The position numbers were made by a program, and so were the translations under genes. Below, in pieces: positions 25,201 to 37,200 of a stretch of 64,000 nucleotides of DNA (position 1 is its first letter; each line of letters starts with the position of its first letter). Origin of the DNA: Mantamonas sphyraenae STR306 (Eukaryota > Protista > CRuMs); NCBI GenBank assembly GCA_026936335.1, contig JAPMXV010000002.1:1-64000 (forward strand), given 5' to 3'. The notes below the pieces were generated by a model. That model worked only from the letters and a program-made list of their open reading frames with translations, made no database searches and was not told where the DNA came from.

Positions 25201-28200
25201 TTGTCGTGGTCGACCGCATCGTGGGCAACACCGTGTTTGCCGTCTCGCCCATTCTCGCGCGATACCAGACCGGATCCGCCGTCGCCATCAAGTACGTACA
25301 CTACAGCAGCATCACTCTGCGTGACGGCGCTCAAATCCGCGCCCGTCCCTTTGACGGCTCGCGCTACGGCATCCTCGTGCTGTCCGCCGAGCACATCTAT
25401 GTTTGTCCCACATGTGCCATCGATGCGTCCGCCTCCGGCTTCCGCGGTGGCGCTTCGCAATCCATCGTGGGCAGCGGCTACCGAGGCGAGGGCCCAAGCG
25501 TGTCTGGACCTGTTTCTGTGCGCTCCTCCGCCACAGACATGTTTGCAGGTGGAGGAGGTGGCCCCTCATGTGCTCCTGGTCCAGGTGCGCCCGGTGGCAA
25601 CAGGCCAGGCTCGTTCATTTCCGTCTACGGCTACTCGACCGCGTGCCGTGCAGACCCGACCTGGAATCCATCCACGCAGCCGCCAACTCCGTCTTTTGTC
25701 CGAGCTCCTTTTGGTACAGGAGGCGGCAGTGGGTCCAGTACCGTCAACGGTGCCACGACGGGTGCTGGGGGTCGTGGAGGAGGCGCCATTCTGGCTGTGG
25801 CCAAATCCATTTCCGGCGGAGGCCGCTTTGTCTCTCGCGGTGGAGATGGACAGTCTGCGTCCGCCGTGGGTGCATGTGGCGGAGGAGGCGGTGGAGGCGG
25901 TTCCATTGTCCTCTACACCGACTCTGGGTCCGCAGACGTGCTGTTTGACGAGGCAGGCGGCAAGTCGGGTGCATGTGGTCCACCTCCTCCGCCCTTTTCC
26001 CCCGTCAAGACCGTCCCCACCTACCTGGCTGGAGATGGCGTCCACAACATCCTTCCTTACATGCGTGTGTCAACAACGTTGCCCAGCGTCACCGAGGTGT
26101 CCATTGGCAGTGTCCACGAGCTCGTGTTTTCCATCGACTCTGTGCAGACGTCTTTGGCCATCCAAACCAACGCCGCCCGCTGCCCGTATCGCCACTGCTT
26201 CCACGGCCTCTCGGGCGTTGCCACCACCTCGGGTGCGGCTTCCTGTGCCGCCCTAAATACCTCGGCGCTCTTTGGCTACGTCCATTCCAAAAACGAAAGC
26301 GGATCCGCGGCAACGTGGCTCCTCGCCGCCGGTTGTTCTCTGCAATCCACAACAGACAGCGTGCACATGGGTCTCCAGGTCGAGACAACCGGTCTCCAAC
26401 GCGGCTTCACCGTCTCCCAAGATGCCCTCGACGGTTCCGCCATCGATTATTTCAACTGGAAGCCAGGCCAACCGTCGAAGCTCAAAAGCGCACCCACAAT
26501 CATTGTCAAGCCGGACTACGACTACAACCTGATGCAGTCCGTCTCCGATTCCTTCCCCGGGTGCGTCATGTGCAGACGCCTTCCGGTGCTAAAGTGTGAC
26601 TTTGGAGGCGGCCTTGCCGCTCCTTTGGTCCAAGTCAACACCACGCACGTCGCATGCAACGTCTCCCAACTTCCAGTCACGGGTTTCCACCGTGTGCTCG
26701 TCCGCCATGCCGGCCACCCTCTCCATGTCCCGCGCTCCCTGCTTGCCATCGCTCCCACCGACCCTGCACGGTGCTCTCACAACATGACTGCCCTCCACAA
26801 TGCCGGCTCGCCCATCACCGTGCGCATCCGCGCCGTGGACACCTTTGGCAACACCCAGTTTCACAACCGCGACGTCTTCAACGTGTCCGCAGTCGGCCTA
26901 TCGGGCCGTGGCCAGGGTGTGGTCCTCAACACGACGGTGACAGTCGACGCGTCCAACTCCAGCACGGGCTTCTACACAACCACCTTTTCGCTCACCCTTT
27001 CCGGCACTTACCAGCTGCATGTGAGTCTCGGCGGCGCTTCCATCCAGCAGTCTCCGTCGGTCTTTCAAATCAAGTGGGGTGTCGTCGACATCTACCCGCG
27101 CGTGGTCTCCAAGCTGCCTTCTCCGGCGCAGACCTTCCTCACGCGCACCTCCCCCGTCTTTGAGTGGACCTTCCAGGTGTTTGACATCTACAACAACAAC
27201 GTCACGCAGTGCCTGCCCTACCTTGCCGAGATCACCCCTCCTGCAGGCGTCAACCTCACTGCTGGCAATCTCGTCACCACAAGCAACTGCGCTGCCGCTG
27301 CCGTCACAGCACGCTTCTACGCACTCGACACTGTCTATCCGGGCACATACACCTTTGTCTTTGGACGTTCCGTCTCTGCCTTCAACGCAGCCACAGAGTC
27401 TCCGGCGACGTTTGTGGTGGCTTGGCCCATCACAGCCGCAAATGCCACTCAGCTGGCGTTGTCTTCCTCCTTGTCCAACTTGACCGCAGCCGACACTTTC
27501 AACATTACCGTCACCGCCAAAGACGCACAAGGCATTGACCGCACAGAGCGAGCTGACGACACCTTTGTTGCCCAGCTCCTCGGCACACCCACTGCGGTCG
27601 CTAACTTCACTGTGGCCCCGTCGTCACAGGGCGTTGCCGTCTACCAAGCAACCCAGCCGTTGCACTATACGATTGCAGGCAACTACACCCTGCATGTGCT
27701 GCTCCGATCTGCGGTGCACATTGCAGGCTCCCCGTTTGCCGTCACAATCAGCGCCGCGGCAGCTTCTGCTGCCACAACGCGTCTCTTTCCCCTTGGAAGC
27801 GGTGCACACACGGCAGGTCTGCATTTGCCCTTCATTGTCCAGGTCCGTGACGCCTACAACAATCTGCGCACAGAGCAGTTCACGCCGGACCTCGTTGTCT
27901 CTGCAACCGGAACCGCGAACCTCACCGCTGCATTGCAGTGGGACGGACCGTTCGGTAGGGCAAACTACACGGGCCAGGTGACTCCCACACGTACAGGCAC
28001 CTATTTGCTGCACGCAACCCTCGCAGGAGCACATGTTCTGGGAAGCCCAGCCTTCTTCTTTGTCAATCCCGCCGAGGCTGATTACAACCAGACGGAACTG
28101 CTAAGCACTGTGCAAACAGCCGTTGCAGGTGACACTGTGCTCAACCTCGTGCGCCTCCAGACGCGCGACAGGTTCGGCAACAAGAGGTTGTTGCCGACAA

Positions 28201-31200
28201 CCCTCCCCTTTGTCCTCCACGTCCTCGGTGTCGCCAACTACACCATGGATCACTTCTCCACAGGTGTCTACTACGCCTCTCCCACCTTCAACACCACGGG
28301 CGTCTACCAAGTTCGCGTTCTCAACGTTTCTTCAGTCGCCTTTGCCCTCACGATCCACACTGCTGTGCCGGACGTTGCACGCTCCTCGCTCAACCACACC
28401 GCCAACGAAACCGTCGCCGGTGTACAGACCATCTTTGTGCGTGCCTCGGTGCGTGATCGCTTCGACAACCCCGATGCCACCACCGTCCATAGGGCAATCA
28501 GCTTCGCCAACGCAAACGTCACGGGTTCGGAAACGACCACCATGCCGCGCGGCATCAGCTTTTACGTCAAGCGACCCATCAACATCCGCGCACTCGGCGC
28601 GTTCATCTCTGGTGACCGCACGCCCACGACACCCATCACAGTGTGGATTGTCCGTGCAATTGCCGTTGGCTTGCCGGTTGTCGGCCCCGTCCAAGTCCAG
28701 GGTAACGTGGAGAATGCGTACATGCGCGCGGACCTCAACACAAGTGTTCGCCTCGAGCCCGATCACTACTACGTCGTCGCCAATGGCTACACAACGGGTT
28801 TCCCCAACTACAATGACCTTTCCGACGCTCCGCCTGGCCTCTCCGGACAGGGTGTGCGTACGTCATCCGACTCTGCAAGCGGCGCCGTCGTCTTTGAGGG
28901 TTCGGTCCGATACGACCACCTCCTTGGCTCAAACCCGCAATTGCCCGGAAATCCGCTTATGTATGGTGCTGGCAACTTCTGGTACGACACCCTCGACGTC
29001 CAGTTGACTGGGTACTCCGCCGCTGTGCCCCGTGGCAACCAGGGTCTCACCTTTACACCCAACTTTGACCCGGCCACCACGGACTCCGCTGGATTCCCCG
29101 TCGCCATCGGCGTACAGGTGCTCAAGCCGATTTTGCTCACAGGTATGGGCATCTACAAGTCTCCCAGTGCCACGGTCAACGCCACCGTGGGCACGTGGAT
29201 CAACCTTGATTCCCAACGCGACAGGACATTTGTCGGCCGCGTCAACGTCAACAGCTCCACCGCCCAGCTCCTGGACGACGGAGTCACGCTGTTTCAGCCT
29301 CTGGACCGACCCGTCCTCCTCCAGCCAGACAAGTACTGGATCGTTGCCAAGGGGTACAGCTCCGCCTTCCCCTTCTACAACAGCTACCTGGACGGTGACA
29401 AGGACCACGTGTTTCTCAACAACGTCGACGACTCGTTGACGTTCTTTGCCGGGTTTGTCCGTTACCTCGACGCCCTCACCGGCATGAGCAACCATCCTGG
29501 CGTCAACAACCATTACGCTGCCGCAACGTTCTTTTACCTCGCAGAGGCGGAAATGGGCCCATACACAATCCCGTTGGCCTCGATGAACACCAACGTGCAT
29601 CCACACCTCGTGTCGCTGGCCCCGACTGTCAGTGGTGTCTATCCGCTTACCGTGTCCCTCAACACAAACACAATCGGAACCCCTGTGGCCGTTACCATCA
29701 CGCCGGCTTTGGGCGTGCCCAGTACGTCGCTCGTCACGCAGATGCCCACGTTTGTTATCGCGGGCACCACTCAAGCCGTGCGCGTCCAGCTTCGCGATGC
29801 CTTCCACAACGATGTGGTCGTGCCGGACGGCAACGTATTGATCTTCAACAACACGGCCACCACAAACACCAGCTACATTGCCGCAGGTGTGCATGAAGCC
29901 ACGTTCAACCTGACCCAGGCCGGCGTATTCCCATTGCGGATCGCTCTGCAGGGCAAGGGGACCATTGCCACACGCAACGTCACCGTCCTCCCAGCTGCTC
30001 TCTCTGTGTCAGCCAGCACTATGTATGGCACGCCGTTGGCGCAGGTCAGCGCCGATCTCACGTACAACGCAACTGTACAGGCGCGCGACCGGTTTGGCAA
30101 CGCCCTACTCTTTTCCGCGGCCAGCGTTTTCGCAACACGCCTTGCCGACGTGGCAAACGGCACCGTCGAACCTCTCTCTGCGGGAGTGCACCGCCTGCGT
30201 GTCAACTACACGGTGGCCGGCACGTACGCACTGCACGTTCTGGACTACGCCACTCGCTCGATCCACATCACAGGCAGCCCCTACTCTGTCACGGTGATGC
30301 CCATCCAAGGAGTGGCCTCACGCTCACAGTTGCTAGGCGTACAGGCTCTCGTACAAGCAGGTGTACCGAGCACGGGTGTGCATGTGCAGGTGCGTGACCG
30401 CTTCAACAACTCGGCTCTTGGTTCGTCCGACGTCTCGCTCTTCAATGCCACCTTTGCCAGCGGCACGGCCAATGTCTCGGCCTTGGGCAACGGTCGATAC
30501 GCCGTCGCCTACACCACAAGCGTCACAGGTACACACTCTCTCTCTGTGCTTTACCGCGGTGACCATGTTCTTGGCTCACCCGTAAACGCCATTCAGGTCC
30601 TTCCGGGTCCTGTCGATCCCGCCCAGTCCATCATCACCGGCGACGGGCTTGGTGCAAGTGTCGCGGGAGAATCCGCGTCGTTTAGCATCCGCGAACGTGA
30701 CGCTTTTGGCAACAACCGAACCAGTGCCACCCAACGAAGCTTTGTGGCCACGCTCGGCACGTTCAACGTCTCAATGGTTGCCACGGGTGGTGTGTGGACG
30801 TCCACCTACAACTTCACCAAGGCCGGCACCTACACTCTACAGATCGACACACCCATTGGAGGCGTGTATGACACCATTGCTTCCACGCTCGTGCAGCAGC
30901 TGTGGACCAACAGCATTGCCTCCTGCTCGGGTGAGGGTGTGCGTGCTGAAAACGGCAACGCCTACATGGCCTCTACGTGTGGTGGCAGCAGCTATCCCGT
31001 GGACAACACGGGCGCCGGTGTGGCCACCACCGCGCCTGTTGTCGCCGTCATCCACCGCATTGGTGCGGACGGCTCCGTTGCCTGGACCCACGCCGTGGAT
31101 TCCACCACAGGCATCGGCTCTATCAACGCTGAGGACATCAGTCTCGACACGGCAACGCGAACAGCCGTCATGGTTGGCTTCACGCAGGGCGGTGCAGCGG

Positions 31201-34200
31201 TGCAGGGATTTTCCACAGGTCTCATTGATGGCTTTGCCATCGCGGTCAACATGGACACCGGTGCACGCAAGTGGGGTTACCAGTATTTGCCAACCTCCTC
31301 CGACAAGTTTTTCGCCGTGTGTCATGTCCCATCTGCACATGCGTTTGTCGCGCTGGGTCAGACTTCCGGAGGTGCGACGGGAATCGACGGTGTCGCCGTC
31401 GCCTTTGGTTCCACCACAGGCCAGCTCCTCTGGGAGTCTCGCTACGGTGGAGACGACAACAACGTTGACTCGTATTACGATTGTGCCGTGGATGACTCGT
31501 CCACAGTTGTCTTTGCTGCAGGTGCAGGCGAGAGTGCCTCCTACTCCGGTGTGGCGTACACCGGCACCGCCGCAAGTTTCCTTGTCAAACTGAACGCCAC
31601 GTCGGGGGCCACGATGGCCACAAGGGTAGTTTCGGTTGCATCTGTGGGCAATCTGCCACATGTAGACATGTTTGCAGTGGCGTTTGATGGCGGAAACGGC
31701 GTCTTTGTCACTGGCTACGCGCGCAGGTCCACGGCGCTGTACACGACAACAATGGTCATGGCCCGCTTCAACACAACACTTGACCAGCAATGGGCACGTG
31801 CTGTCACACCAGTAACCACCGAGACGACGACAAACGCAAGGATGTCCCAGGCGTGGTTCGGGGACGGGTACGTGTTTGTCGGCGGACGCTACGACGGCCT
31901 CTACCCAGGCCAAACCCCAACCCCGGGCCGCACAGGTGGCCTTGGCAGAATTCCCATCATCGTAAAGGTCGACCCAAACACAGGTCAACAGGTCGGCGTG
32001 CGTCAGTTCATGGACTTGGTGGCAAACATTGGCGCCGGCAACCGCGGCATCTCTGTCGACAACGGCGTCGTGTACACCACAGGCCGTGCCCAAGGCCAAA
32101 TTCAGGGCTCTCTTAGCACCACGCTCCCCAGCAATCGCTACTCCGCCTTCTCCCTGCGTGTGCCGGAGACTGCCACCCTCAACGTGTCCACCTACACCGT
32201 GGTCATTTCTCCCGCCGCGGTGCACGGCCCCTCGTGTACAGCCAGCGGCGGTGCCCTCTCCGCTGTCAGTCCCTTCAACACACAGAGCTTCGACATTTTT
32301 GCACGTGACGCCTTTGGCAATTTGCGCAACGCCGGTGGAGATACCGTGCAGGTGAACATTACTCGCGCAGGCGACGCCCACTCCTCGCTGGCCAGTGTGG
32401 CCTACCTCGGCCAAGGCAAGACACAGGCCCAGTTTGTTTCTCTCGCTGGTCCAGACACCTACACGGTGCGTGTCAACGTCAACGGCGCCTCGATCAGCGG
32501 CAGTCCGTGGTCGGTCCAGGTGCTGGATGTGGCCAACATCTCCGCTGTGAACCCAACCACGGGTCCATCCACAGGTGGCACCGTCCTCACCATTGACGGA
32601 GACAACTTTGTGGACAACGCCCAGTTGACAGCACGTGTGGGCGAGTCCGTTTGCGCCTCCACGACCTTTGTCTCGCGCACTCGCTTCTTGTGCACCACCC
32701 CCGCAGGCTCTCCCGGTGTCTCGGTCTTTGTCAACGCCACAAACAACTTGGCCAACTACACCACCGGTATCAACATCACCTTTTACGAGCCAGAGACCGT
32801 TGCTGCGTTCACTCCTCAGGTTGGCCAGACCACCGGTGGCGAGACCATCACTGTCGCTGGAACGGGACTTCATGCCCAGCGATGCATCTTCCGTGACGCT
32901 TTGACCAGCCCTGTAAACTCGGCAAGGCACGAGCACAACCTACGTGTCCAGCACGCAGGTGATCTGCACCACACCCCAGCTCAACACGGGCAAGTACACC
33001 TTGGGTGTGGCCAACAACGGACAGCAGTTTGTGCAGCATGCCACAGACGTGTACAACGCCGTGGACCCGTTCTCGCCTCTGTGTCGCACAAAGAGCGAGC
33101 TCGACTTTGCCGTCGCCGACCGCGTGGCTCTCGGCCTGCGCTATTTTGAGAACCTGGCCACAAACGCCACCACCACAGGAAGTGCCACCGGCGTCACCGA
33201 CGGTGTGTACCCTGCAGGCATCCACGACAACGACCGCTGCTGTGAAAAGACCGACGCCAACCAAGGCTTCAAGTGCGGCCTGCAGTTTGCCCAGAACAAC
33301 ACACATTGGGTGTATGCACAGGTCAATCTGCCCATCGAGGCCTTTGCCAACGAGATCATCCTGTCGTGGTACCAGTCGTGCCGCAACACGCCGCCGTACT
33401 ACGAGGTGCAGGCTTTCATTGCGGCCACGCAAACTTGGCAGACCATTGTACAACGCGTGACCAAGCAGAGCGCATCGCGCTCGGTACACAGCGTCCCTGT
33501 CGTGTCGTTCCCTCCGATGCCAACGATGTCGGCCTCTGTGTGGACTTTTTGGCGAGCGAGGTGCGCTCGTCGCATTTCCGCGTCGGATTCAACAACAGCG
33601 CGGGAGCCATGGGCACGCTTGTGACAGCCACAGATGGCGGATGGCTGTATGAGTTTGAAGTGCATGGCATGTTTGTGACCACGCCCGAGTACACGACACT
33701 GCTGAGCGATTTGAGCGGATTGGGCGATGTCAACGCAACCGCAAGCGTGACCCTGCCGCACATCACCGTCGCCACACACAACCACCAGAACGAAACGTTG
33801 TTGTCGAATGACACCGTGACCAATACGGCAACCATTCGCGTCTTCCGCAACGGCGCCGACGTGACCGGAGCAGTGCTCATTGGCGGATCAGTGCGTGCAG
33901 TGAGCGGAGGAGTCGCCAACTTTACGGGCTTGTCGCTCAGTACGCCTACCATCGGCCTGTACTCGTTCTTTGTTTCTGTCACACCTGCGCTGACCACAGT
34001 GGTGACCTCTGTCAACATCGTCGCCGGAGCCCCCACACAACTGACGCTGAACAACACCGACAACACGCTGTCCTCGACACAAGCGTCTCCGTGGCTCTGC
34101 CTACCATCGGCGTCGTTGTGCGCGACGGCGGCAACAACGTACTGGGTGGCCTCGACACCCTCAACCGCACCGTGGTCCTCGACGTCATTGGAGGTGTGCG

Positions 34201-37200
34201 GGTGGCCACCACGTACAGCCAGGCTGCAGGTGCTGCACAGTTTGTCGGTGCCACTCTGGCTGCGCCCGTCCCCGATGCCTACACGCTCCAGGTGGGTACG
34301 CTGGGTCTCGTCAACGCGACCATCGCCTTGACCATCTCCAGTGGTGCACCCTACAAACTTGTGGCGTCGCCTACGTCCCTGCAAGTGAGCAGCTCCGCGC
34401 TGACTGCTCTCCCTGCCGTCAGTGTGACCGTGCAAGATGCAAGTGGCACGACCACGAGCGTCTCACCCGTCACCGTCACTGCGGCGCTCCCGTCGCCGCA
34501 CCAGGCAATGCTCCAGGGTGTCCTTTCTGCTCTCAGTGACCGCGGTGCGGCTACCGTTGACAACGCACGCCTTGCTTCTCCTGCGCGAGGCAACTACACG
34601 CTGCAGTTTGGTGCGACCGGGTTGATCGGCGCAAACGTCACTGTAGAAGTGCTTCCGGGCGCTGCTACACACATGGCTCTGCTCAACCTGCCCGCCACGG
34701 TGCTTTCGCGCGTGTCCACATCGTTGGGCACGATCTCGGTGCAAACACGCGATGCCGGTGACAACTCGCTCGTGGGCCTCGATGTCGATCGTCTTGTCTT
34801 GATCAATATCAAAGACAGCAACGGGGTGCAACTCGGCTCCGCGTCCGAGACCATGCTGAAGGGCAACGTCTCTGTGTCCTCGCTCGCACTCGCATCCCCT
34901 GTGGCCGGCGTGTATGCGGTGGAGCTGAACACAGCTGGGCTTCCCGTGCTCACCACAACGTTTAACGTTTCGGTGGGTCCCATCCATACCCTTCGCATCG
35001 TCTCCCCTGCATCGATCAGCGTCGAGACTGCGCAGATTGCTTACCTGGGCGCGTTGACGGTGCAAGGTTTTGATGCAGGCAACAACACGATCGTCAGCGA
35101 CAGCAACCGCACGCTCACTCTAGCGCTGCAACCGAGTGCCACTGTAACCAGCACGACCACAGCCACGCTCGTCAACGGTTTGGCCTCGTTTGCCAACGTG
35201 TCGCTGCAAGCACCTGCTCTGGGCGCGTATGTGCTTCGTGTCAGCACACCCAACGTCGGCAATGCCACGGTGGGCGTGCAAGTTAACGGCGGCTTGCCCT
35301 TGCGTTTGCTTGCAGTGGTCACCACATCCTCCACCGTGCAGGCGGCAGCTGTGACCGCAGCACCGACCATCCGCCTCACAGCCGTCGACGCAAGCGGCAC
35401 TGCTGTCTCCGCGTCTCGCTTTGCCGGCCAGAACCTCTTCTTGACGGGCGCCAACGCTACATTGGACCTCGCTGGCACGCTCAATGTGACTGCCACGAGC
35501 GCGGTGGTCGTGTTTGACGCCGTGCAGTTGCTCAAGCCTGTGGCTGGCGACTATGCGCTCAACTTCCACAGTCCGCTGCTAGGCAATGTCTCTGTGTCCA
35601 TCCGCGTCACGGTGGGCGTTCCCTTTCAGCTGGCGGTTGTGTCTGGCGCCGCCCAGTCGCTTGCAACTAACCTGCAGGTTGCGCTGGGTGCGGTGACGGT
35701 GCAGGCTCGAGATGTCGCGGGGACCCTTGTGCCAACGGCCTCTGGCATCACCGTCAACGTGGACGTTCCCGCTGCGCTGCAGACCTCTGGTCCCGCGTCT
35801 GTCTCTGTCACCAACGGTGTGGCCACGCTGACGGGCCTGCAGTTGCTGCGCCCGCCCACAGCCAACTTCTCCCTTGTGTTCCATGCAGCCTCTCTCCTCA
35901 ACACATCGGTGGCCCTGCAGATTGTACCGGGCCAGGTCGTGTCTCTGGATGTGCCCTCTGCCCACCTGGGCAGTGTCCACGCGGTTCTCAACACGCCCAT
36001 CAACGCCACTCTTCTGATCGGCCGCGATGCAGCAGGGAACGCTGTCGACGCCGCACAGATGGTTGCCCGCAACGCATCTGTGCAACTGCTCAACAGCACA
36101 CAGCTTGCCCAGCTGCAGGGTACGCTGCAGCGAAACGCCACTCATCCATTCGCAGACCTGACTCTGACAACACCTCGCGTCGGCCGTTACGTCCTGCGCT
36201 TCGCCAGCACGGGTCTCTTCTCCGTCGACATGACCATCGATGTGATCACGGGACCGCCTACAGCGCTGGTGGTGCACTCGCCTGCCAGTGCCTCTGTGGT
36301 GGTTGAAAGCCGTGTGTTTTCAGCCTTGGGCGCCGTCGACTTGCGCGTCGTAGATGCCGGTAACAACATGCTGGGTGCACTCGATGGACTCAACCGCACT
36401 GTGAGCGCGTCTGTCAACGCTGGCGGTGTGCTCGTGGGCGTCCAGGTGGTCACCAGCGTGTTTGGCCGCGCCGTGTTTTCTGATCTTGCCCTGCAATCGC
36501 CACAGAACGGCTCCTACACGCTGTGGTTCCTTGCGCAGGGTCTGCGCAACACGTCTGTGGCTGTCCAGGTGGGTGTGGGTCAGCCGTACGCGCTGGCTCG
36601 CATTGCCCCCGTGACGACCCTTCCCTACGCGTCCATCCCCTCTGTGCCTCTGTCTACGATCACCGTGGAGCTTCGAGACGCAGGCGATACCGTGACCACG
36701 GGTGATGTGCACGTGCACGCTGCATTGAATGTCTCCATCGCTGGCGTCACTCTGCAGGGCACGCTGACGAAAGCAGTCGACGCCAACTCTGGCCGCGTGT
36801 CCTTCACCGATCTCAAGCTCACGGGACGCATTCCCATCGGCTCGTATGCCATCCACCTGACAGCCTCGTCCCTGCGCAACGTTACTGTGCCCTTTACTAT
36901 CCTTGTGGGACCACCCACAACCATCCGTGTGACCTCGCCCTCGTCGCCTTTGGCGGCCCAGGCTCTCACCGCCCTGCCCACCCTGCAAGCCGTTCTTTTC
37001 GACTATGGTGACAACCCAGTGGGTGCGGATGACACCGCCGTCAGGCCCGTGGCTGTGACGCTGCTCAACGACACCGTTGCGGCAACTGGAACACAAGACG
37101 TTTCCAGTGTCTCGGGCGTTGCGAATTTCACTGCAATCCAACTCATCACACCACGTGTGGGTACATACGTGATTCGCTTCTCATCAAACGGCCTTGCCAG

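Noticed and set aside
32913-32926. Possible 14-nt micro-intron GTAAACTCGGCAAG explaining the +1 shift
   Set aside because: Removing it gives the wrong frame, and it is far shorter than the other introns (76 nt or more).
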